A stretch of DNA of 20,268 nt from a virus. The notes beneath the pieces were generated by a model. The model was given only the letters and a program-made list of their open reading frames with translations, was not told the DNA's origin and did no database searches. This document shows, one piece after another, positions 8,848-14,597 of this stretch (position 1 is the stretch's first letter; every line of letters begins with the position of its first letter). The DNA lies in the IMG/VR virus record IMGVR_UViG_3300009124_000004; one strand, written 5' to 3'. The position numbers and the translations under genes are program-made.

Positions 8848-8920
8848 TGGAGAATAGCGGACTTGAACCGCTGACATCCTGCTTGCAAAGCAGGCGCTCT
8901 ACCAACTGAGCTAATTCCCC
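8848..8920 (-). tRNA. trnA: tRNA-Ala (TGC)
   Basis: GGGGAAT/ATTCTCC acceptor stem with the G3:U70 alanine identity pair, TT-TGC-AA loop, AGCGG-TTCAAGT-CCGCT T-arm. Confidence 0.96.
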
Positions 8921-9025
8921 TGGCGGCCATTTTGTTGACGAGGTATAGCCGAACCCCGTGGAGAAAATGAGATATGGACTCCCATATTCTTTTTCGCTAT
9001 GAAGAATGAAGCATCATAGCGCCAG
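8921..9025 (-). ncRNA. Candidate structured RNA in the tRNA-Thr/tRNA-Ala spacer
   Basis: 105 nt that fold by eye into a closing stem (TGGCG/CGCCA) and three internal hairpins; no credible ORF. Confidence 0.4.
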
Positions 9026-9099
9026 AGCCACAAGTCGGACTTGAACCGACGACCTACGGTTTACAAAACCGTTGCTCTATCCAGCTGAGCTATAGTGGC
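9026..9099 (-). tRNA. trnT: tRNA-Thr (TGT)
   Basis: GCCACTA/TTGTGGC acceptor stem (one U-U mismatch), ACGGT-TTTGTAA-ACCGT anticodon arm, GTCGG-TTCAAGT-CCGAC T-arm. Confidence 0.94.
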
Positions 9100-9287
9100 A
9101 CGTTCTTTTCTTCTTTGTTGAATTTGAAGTAGAGTTTGTAATACCTCTTCTTCATCTCATCAATGGTATCCATGTCTTCTTGGAATCCCATGTACTTGAG
9201 GAGTTGGTATGACCCTTCAAGTTCACTCAGCAATCTTAGCACATTGATTGAGGTTTTGTCAAGTCCTCCGAAAGAATATTTACTCAT
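9090..9287 (-). CDS. Conserved cyanophage hypothetical protein (65 aa)
   Basis: ATG overlaps the upstream TGA (ATGA); LRLLSELEGSYQLLKYMGF.EDM motif recalled from cyanomyovirus small proteins; the stop lies inside tRNA-Thr. Confidence 0.75.
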   Translation of the reverse strand: MSKYSFGGLDKTSINVLRLLSELEGSYQLLKYMGFQEDMDTIDEMKKRYYKLYFKFNKEEKNVPL

Positions 9288-9544
9288 GGGGGTAAAACAG
9301 AAACTTCATCCAATTCAACTGGGAAGAGCATTGGGTGCATCTCCTCAATCATAAGGTACTCACTATTTTTTGTCAACTGTTCAATGTCAAGGGGTTCCTC
9401 GCTAACAGCAATTGCCACTACATAAGGGTCGCCTTTGTCTTCATCGGGGATGTCGTCATAGACAAATGGCATTCCATTTATAAAATAAACGAGGGCGATC
9501 CCTATTGTATTAATGTAGCGATAATCGCATCTGACTTTGTACAT
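9284..9544 (-). CDS. Acidic hypothetical protein (86 aa)
   Basis: Start moved to ATG 9544 (MYKVRCDY...) because the longer track ORF runs through tRNA-Leu; AAAGAG precedes the ATG. Confidence 0.72.
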   Translation of the reverse strand: MYKVRCDYRYINTIGIALVYFINGMPFVYDDIPDEDKGDPYVVAIAVSEEPLDIEQLTKNSEYLMIEEMHPMLFPVELDEVSVLPP

Positions 9545-9555
9545 CTCTTTAAAGG

Positions 9556-9640
9556 TAGGAGCGGGGGGACTTGAACCCCCACGGGCACAATGCCCAGCGG
9601 ATTTTAAGTCCGATACGTCTACCGATTCCGTCACGCTCCC
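9556..9640 (-). tRNA. trnL: tRNA-Leu (TAA), intron-less, long variable arm
   Basis: GGGAGCG/CGCTCCT acceptor stem, CT-TAA-AA loop, GGGCA-TTG-TGCCC variable arm, GGGGG-TTCAAGT-CCCCC T-arm. Confidence 0.95.
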
Positions 9641-9657
9641 AAAAAAGAGATTAGGAG

Positions 9658-9837
9658 TTAGTAATCATAACTGATTTCAACTCGTTCAGAGTTTGCACGT
9701 ACCAGTTTCAAAACTTGCTGGAACTGATCGATGGTCTCACATGTAATGACTTTCTCGTTGCCCATATCAGAGAAGAGATTGAACGTCCTAGAAGGGATGC
9801 TCACAGTAACCAAAGCGACGGTTTCGTCAGTAAACAT
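9658..9837 (-). CDS. Conserved cyanophage hypothetical protein (59 aa)
   Basis: Start moved to ATG 9837 (MFTDETVALVTVSIPSRTFNLFSDMGNEKVITCETIDQFQQVL...), directly downstream of a sigma70 promoter. Confidence 0.75.
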   Translation of the reverse strand: MFTDETVALVTVSIPSRTFNLFSDMGNEKVITCETIDQFQQVLKLVRANSERVEISYDY

Positions 9838-9861
9838 AATGTGTTTGTGTTGAACAATGTA

Positions 9862-9890
9862 AGTATACCACGGGGGTTGTGGTTTGTCAA
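9862..9890 (-). promoter_or_regulatory. Host sigma70-type early promoter driving the tRNA/small-ORF island
   Basis: TTGACA (9890-9885), 17-nt spacer, TATACT (9867-9862), with a TGn extended -10. Confidence 0.9.
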
Positions 9891-9895
9891 CCCCC

Positions 9896-10813
9896 CTAGT
9901 TGAGGTAGACACCTGTGAGACAGTCCACATCAAGATATGGACCACCTGCGAAGTAGGTGCCTGTACCCAGTGTAGCAACCATACTGATTGCACCGAGAGC
10001 AGTTGTGACCGCAAATGCAGGTGTCACAGGGGAGACCCCACCTGCTGGACTGATGCCAGCAATATTGTGGATTTCTTTGCCGCCAATATTGAACATACAA
10101 TCCTGAGCAATATTGACCTCAAAGTTACCTGCACCATTAAAACTGATGGTAGATCCAGGTGTCAAGGTATTGAGGATAAATCCCCCAGAGTAGTTAAAGG
10201 TGACTGCACCACCCAAAACTGTAGTAACAATATTTTGACCACTGGTTTCAGTTTTGTTTGCCTCAACTTGATAAGTGCCTAAGCACTTCATACCAGCATC
10301 ATTAGCGTTTACAATATATTTGTTCTTAACGTTAAGAGTATAAGTTCCATCAACTGTCTCAAACTTGTCACCCTTAACATGTTGATGCATGTCACCCTCA
10401 ACAACCATGTGTGCATTACCAACTACGTTAATGCATAAACGATCACTCAAATCTTTTTGTTTAGCGTCTACTTTTGAACCTGCTTTGACATTTACATGTC
10501 TTGCAGCAATAACGTTAACATCTCTTACTGGTGAATGAACTTGAACATCCCCATTGGCAAACATTTTGATGTATGCACCAGTCAATCCATGTCTGAGGTT
10601 AATATACTCATTACCCTCAGTTTCGTTCATCTCCCACTTGTGTCCAATAGAAGTTACCTTCTGTTTGTTGTGAGGATAAGTGCTTTGACCGTTCTTATCA
10701 TTTTCATCTAGAGTATTAACTGCATCTTTTGTTTTTGGATCCAGTTTAGATGTGTCTCTTTGTTGTGTTTTAACTCTTTGTTCTGTTTGTGCGTGTAAAT
10801 CAGTATGTGCCAT
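9896..10813 (-). CDS. gp5 C-terminal-like baseplate needle (beta-helix) protein (305 aa)
   Basis: YPHNKQKVTSIGHKWEMNETEGNEYINLRHGLTGAYIKMFANGDVQ matches the start of the gp5 C-terminal region, followed by VxG-type repeats (VVGNAHMVVEGDMHQHVKGDKFETVDGTYTLNV). Confidence 0.8.
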   Translation of the reverse strand: MAHTDLHAQTEQRVKTQQRDTSKLDPKTKDAVNTLDENDKNGQSTYPHNKQKVTSIGHKWEMNETEGNEYINLRHGLTGAYIKMFANGDVQVHSPVRDVNVIAARHVNVKAGSKVDAKQKDLSDRLCINVVGNAHMVVEGDMHQHVKGDKFETVDGTYTLNVKNKYIVNANDAGMKCLGTYQVEANKTETSGQNIVTTVLGGAVTFNYSGGFILNTLTPGSTISFNGAGNFEVNIAQDCMFNIGGKEIHNIAGISPAGGVSPVTPAFAVTTALGAISMVATLGTGTYFAGGPYLDVDCLTGVYLN

Positions 10814-10815
10814 AA

Positions 10816-13038
10816 TTATACTCCTGGATGACCAACACAGTCAATGATAGTTCTATACTCATCATAGTTATTAAGGTATTCCTGGGAATCTTTTCTAGGA
10901 ATAAATTTCAAAACAGGTTTGATAACTGCTTTTCTTTGAGATCCTAGAGACACGGTGCTGCCACAAGACATATAGATCTTAGGCAACGCAGTAAATCCAA
11001 ATCCTTCTTTCACAACTTCAACGCCAACTAAGAATCCATTTTCGATAATTGGTTTTAATTCTGGAAGGACAACTTCATTAACTTCATTATCTCCTGGTTC
11101 TACAATAATGCCACAAGTTTGATCGTATCCATTACCCGTTTTAGTTACAATTGGTGGATTATTCTCAGTGATAATACCTAACCAGTATTGATTACCAGTG
11201 TATATTCCATGAATGTTATCATAATTTGGATCTCCATTTTCATCTGTAGAGGTAATATCTGCAGTTGATACAGATCCATCAAACCAAGGATATCCACTAC
11301 CTGGATTCAAAACTACAATATCTTGAACTCCACCATTAGAATCCAGCGTAGCAGTAACCTCAGCACCACCACCCCATCCAGAAGCAGGATAAACAGTAAC
11401 GTTTGGTGGATTTTCTAATCCAAACCCTGGATTAGAAACAACGCCAGCAACAACCTCTCCATAACCATTGATTACTGGCACCGCATAAGGAGTTGGGTTG
11501 CTTGGATTATAATTTGGTTGTGGATATGGACTGTAGTTACTAGGTTCGTATGCAATTTCACTTCCCTTCAAAGTAAACTTATCAAGTTCATCTTGAAGTC
11601 CAGTAAAGAACATATTTGGAATCATTGGGAAGTTAAATGATGTTGCTTTATTACAATCCAAAGTTCCCTTCACAATGTTACCATCACTGTCTCTAATCTC
11701 AGTTCCTTCAATTGATGCAAGGAAAGAGTCAGATCCATAAAGACCAGTATTAACTTCATTTGGCAATCCACCAAATGTCTCCAATCTATTGAAGAAAGCG
11801 TTAACAGAATTGTCTGGTCTATCACCAACTCCAGTGGTGTAATCACCAATACCGATGATACAAGCAAGTTTCCCACCGCAAAACATTTTAATTAAATTTC
11901 CAATCTGCTGAACGAAATTAGAATCAAATCCACCAAGACCTCCAATCAAAGAAGTAATCTCACCAAGAGCACTTAAAGCAGATCCAATTGCACCTTCAAT
12001 TTCTGATACAATTCCTTTAAGAATGTTGCTGACCTGACAGAATGCTGTGTTAAGAACATCCTCAACCAGTGCGGTCAAAATGTCAAGAATAAGACCATAT
12101 ACCTTCTCAAGTACAGTTTGGAAAATACATTTAATGATCTCAAACAAAACATCGGCAAAGGTCATTCCAGCAGTAATTGCTACACCTCTACCAGTTGGTG
12201 TAGCAGTAAGTCCTGTAATAATGGGGAGTAATGTCTTCTCAAATAATTTCTTGAGTTCAGCAACTACAAGAGTTTTGATATCACCAAGAATTCCATTGAC
12301 TGCATTTGCCAATCTACCAAAGTAACCTTGAATTAGAGAAGCAGTTGTTGTGATGTTGCCTGTTAACTTGTCAACTAATACACCACCAACAGAGTCATTT
12401 TGACTTAGAAACTTAAACAGATCTCCTAGAATTCTAGAAAACTCATTCTCAGGTCTTGGTCCACACTTTCCATTCGCAACAGCAATTACTACCTTTTCAT
12501 TTTCCGATTGACGTTGATCAGCATTACTAGCAGTTCCCCTATTAGAACCACGCCCTGAAGGACCATGCCCACCAGGAGATTTGTTCTGTTCTCTTGTCTT
12601 TAATGCTTTTTCTACTGATGGAAAATTATTTGTACCACCAATATCATCTAACCTATCTTCATATGGTTGGTTCTTATCAACAATACCCAGTGATCCCATG
12701 ACCACTGGTTGTTGAGCACTTTCACCATCCATAAAAAGACCAAGAACCCACATGCCATTTTCCAGACCATGAGTAGATCCAGCACTGTCTCTAGTAATCG
12801 TTTCAGTAGTTGGCATCATAACAGATGCCCATGGAAGATCCTTAGGAGGTAGATCCTTTCTACTCCTAGTGTGATATCCCATGATTCGCACTTTCACACG
12901 ATATGACTCGTCTTTGTCTTCGACTTTAGTTCCATCGATGAGGGTATCTCCATCACCTTCAACTTGACCTACCCAAAGACGATTACCTTGTGCGCCAAAC
13001 CAATAGTTAGATTCTAGTGTTGGTGCTCCCCCTAACAT
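10816..13038 (-). CDS. gp5: Baseplate hub gp5 N-terminal OB-fold protein (740 aa), no lysozyme domain recognised
   Basis: WVGQVE...RVKVRIMGYHT...LPPKDLPWASVMMPT...GMWVLGLFMDGESAQQPVVMGSL is the Gp5_OB signature. C-terminal VxNPGxGY/F repeats. Confidence 0.88.
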   Translation of the reverse strand: MLGGAPTLESNYWFGAQGNRLWVGQVEGDGDTLIDGTKVEDKDESYRVKVRIMGYHTRSRKDLPPKDLPWASVMMPTTETITRDSAGSTHGLENGMWVLGLFMDGESAQQPVVMGSLGIVDKNQPYEDRLDDIGGTNNFPSVEKALKTREQNKSPGGHGPSGRGSNRGTASNADQRQSENEKVVIAVANGKCGPRPENEFSRILGDLFKFLSQNDSVGGVLVDKLTGNITTTASLIQGYFGRLANAVNGILGDIKTLVVAELKKLFEKTLLPIITGLTATPTGRGVAITAGMTFADVLFEIIKCIFQTVLEKVYGLILDILTALVEDVLNTAFCQVSNILKGIVSEIEGAIGSALSALGEITSLIGGLGGFDSNFVQQIGNLIKMFCGGKLACIIGIGDYTTGVGDRPDNSVNAFFNRLETFGGLPNEVNTGLYGSDSFLASIEGTEIRDSDGNIVKGTLDCNKATSFNFPMIPNMFFTGLQDELDKFTLKGSEIAYEPSNYSPYPQPNYNPSNPTPYAVPVINGYGEVVAGVVSNPGFGLENPPNVTVYPASGWGGGAEVTATLDSNGGVQDIVVLNPGSGYPWFDGSVSTADITSTDENGDPNYDNIHGIYTGNQYWLGIITENNPPIVTKTGNGYDQTCGIIVEPGDNEVNEVVLPELKPIIENGFLVGVEVVKEGFGFTALPKIYMSCGSTVSLGSQRKAVIKPVLKFIPRKDSQEYLNNYDEYRTIIDCVGHPGV

Positions 13039-13043
13039 AGTTA

Positions 13044-13271
13044 TTAATTATCGTGGATTTTACATTCTAGTGCGCTTGGATTTTGATCACAATACAATTC
13101 AAGCGGAGTAGGATCGTGATGATCTCCTGCTTCAATTTCTTTTTTGTGATGCTCTTTATATTCTTCCAAATCGTGCAGTTCTTCTTCAATATGACGACGT
13201 TGTTGTGGAGAAGTCATAGGATTCTGAAGAATCTCTTTGTCCTTCTCAATATGGGTTTCGATGTTTTCCAT
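13044..13271 (-). CDS. cp12: CP12 Calvin-cycle inhibitor (auxiliary metabolic gene)
   Basis: IETHIEKDKEILQNPMTSPQQRRHIEEELHDLE...HHDPTPLELYCDQNPSALECKIHDN: phage/marine-type CP12 with the C-terminal C-x8-C pair and no N-terminal Cys pair. Confidence 0.95.
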   Translation of the reverse strand: MENIETHIEKDKEILQNPMTSPQQRRHIEEELHDLEEYKEHHKKEIEAGDHHDPTPLELYCDQNPSALECKIHDN

Positions 13272-13272
13272 T

Positions 13273-14595
13273 TTAGAGTCCGAATGAATCTCGTATAAGT
13301 GTAAGGTATGTTTTTAACTTATCTTCACCTCTTGTATATAGGTGAGTCAAGTCAGCAATTATGTAGCGTCCTGAGTGTTGTGTATCAATCTCTCCTTGAG
13401 AATCGAAAAATTCGATGAACACGGGATCGCCTGCATATAGATCCATATTACCAACATTACAGGTAACTGTCAAGACCTGACTCATAAAGATGCCTAATCT
13501 AGATACCGATTGCAACACAGTTTGTCTAAAAATCTCAGCATCTTGATCTGCACTTTCTCCTGATCCAGCAAACAAGTCCTTATTATATGCAACCAACATA
13601 TTTCTAGTTGCATATTTACTATGAACTGCTGGAGATTCTGGAGCAACTGGTTTTAAATCTTCATTCATAGCAGCACTATTCATTGAAGGTAGGTAATTAC
13701 TGCTGCCTATTTTATTCCAGGTTGGATACAATTCCTTCAATGTATACTTTTCTGTGGTCATATTACAATTGACAATATCAAAGAATTCAATTTGCCCCGA
13801 ATAAAACCCTCTATCAAAATTTTCAACCATATCAATGGTATTGACAAATTTAGGATTTTCTACCCTAAATGCATCTTGAGTAACTCCAGTTCCAGTGCCC
13901 GTAGTTAGAGTTACTTTGTGTCCAGTTTGACCAGAAATAGTATCTACCGAAACATAATTATATGCCCTATAAGTTTCATAAAATAAGAATCCAGCACTAG
14001 TATACTTGCCACCTGATTTTGTGGACTTCTGATCATCACCAATAAACTTATTTCTTGCCCAAATTAATACATCAAGAGGTCTTGAACTTGGTGGAACAAA
14101 AGTAATCTTGTTGACGCTTTTTGTTGCTGTTACAGGTTTCTTAGTATTGCCAAGTTCACCCCCAATGATATCCTTAATAAGAGCAGGAGCATCTACATTT
14201 GAGTATTTCTTACATACTCTTTTTTGCATGGAAAGAATTGCATCTTGTCTGCATAACTCAACAACAAAAGATTTACCCGTGTCTAAAATATCTTTACTAT
14301 GAACATTGTATGCGTACAGTGGACCATTAGTTGAGTTCGCAGTAAACTCAAACTTTACTCCATTTTGAGTATCAGTAAAGACAACCTCAAACATTTCCAT
14401 ACCAACAAGTGCATTGGATATTCTACTTGTGGTATCCATAATCTTGAGAGTTACTGTCAAAAATTTATCAAACAATCCTTCTCTATACTCTAATTGAAGA
14501 ATAGATCCTTTGTCAATGTAAACTGAAGATCCATCATGGAACATCACTCCCACAGAATCGATTTGAAAATTTCTAATTTGATATGGGGTTGTCAT
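13273..14595 (-). CDS. Baseplate hub protein, gp27-like (440 aa)
   Basis: Position upstream of gp5; motifs AGFLFYETYRAYNYVSVDT and GNMDLYAGD...HSGRYIIADLTHLY...TYLTLIRDSFG typical of hub/late-control-D-like proteins. Confidence 0.7.
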   Translation of the reverse strand: MTTPYQIRNFQIDSVGVMFHDGSSVYIDKGSILQLEYREGLFDKFLTVTLKIMDTTSRISNALVGMEMFEVVFTDTQNGVKFEFTANSTNGPLYAYNVHSKDILDTGKSFVVELCRQDAILSMQKRVCKKYSNVDAPALIKDIIGGELGNTKKPVTATKSVNKITFVPPSSRPLDVLIWARNKFIGDDQKSTKSGGKYTSAGFLFYETYRAYNYVSVDTISGQTGHKVTLTTGTGTGVTQDAFRVENPKFVNTIDMVENFDRGFYSGQIEFFDIVNCNMTTEKYTLKELYPTWNKIGSSNYLPSMNSAAMNEDLKPVAPESPAVHSKYATRNMLVAYNKDLFAGSGESADQDAEIFRQTVLQSVSRLGIFMSQVLTVTCNVGNMDLYAGDPVFIEFFDSQGEIDTQHSGRYIIADLTHLYTRGEDKLKTYLTLIRDSFGL

Positions 14596-14597
14596 AA

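Noticed and set aside
8712-8930. 72-aa minus-strand ORF
   Set aside because: It is a translation of tRNA-Ala and the hairpin and overlaps the nuclease gene.
9545-9634. N-terminal extension of the 116-aa ORF
   Set aside because: It lies within tRNA-Leu.
9556-9640. Possible group I intron in tRNA-Leu(UAA), as in many cyanobacteria
   Set aside because: The anticodon loop is contiguous and the gene is 85 nt.
9838-10282. Extension of the 118-aa ORF and the Cys-rich 132-aa plus-strand ORF
   Set aside because: Both overlap the promoter and gp5C; the Cys richness arises from antisense reading of ACA/GCA codons.
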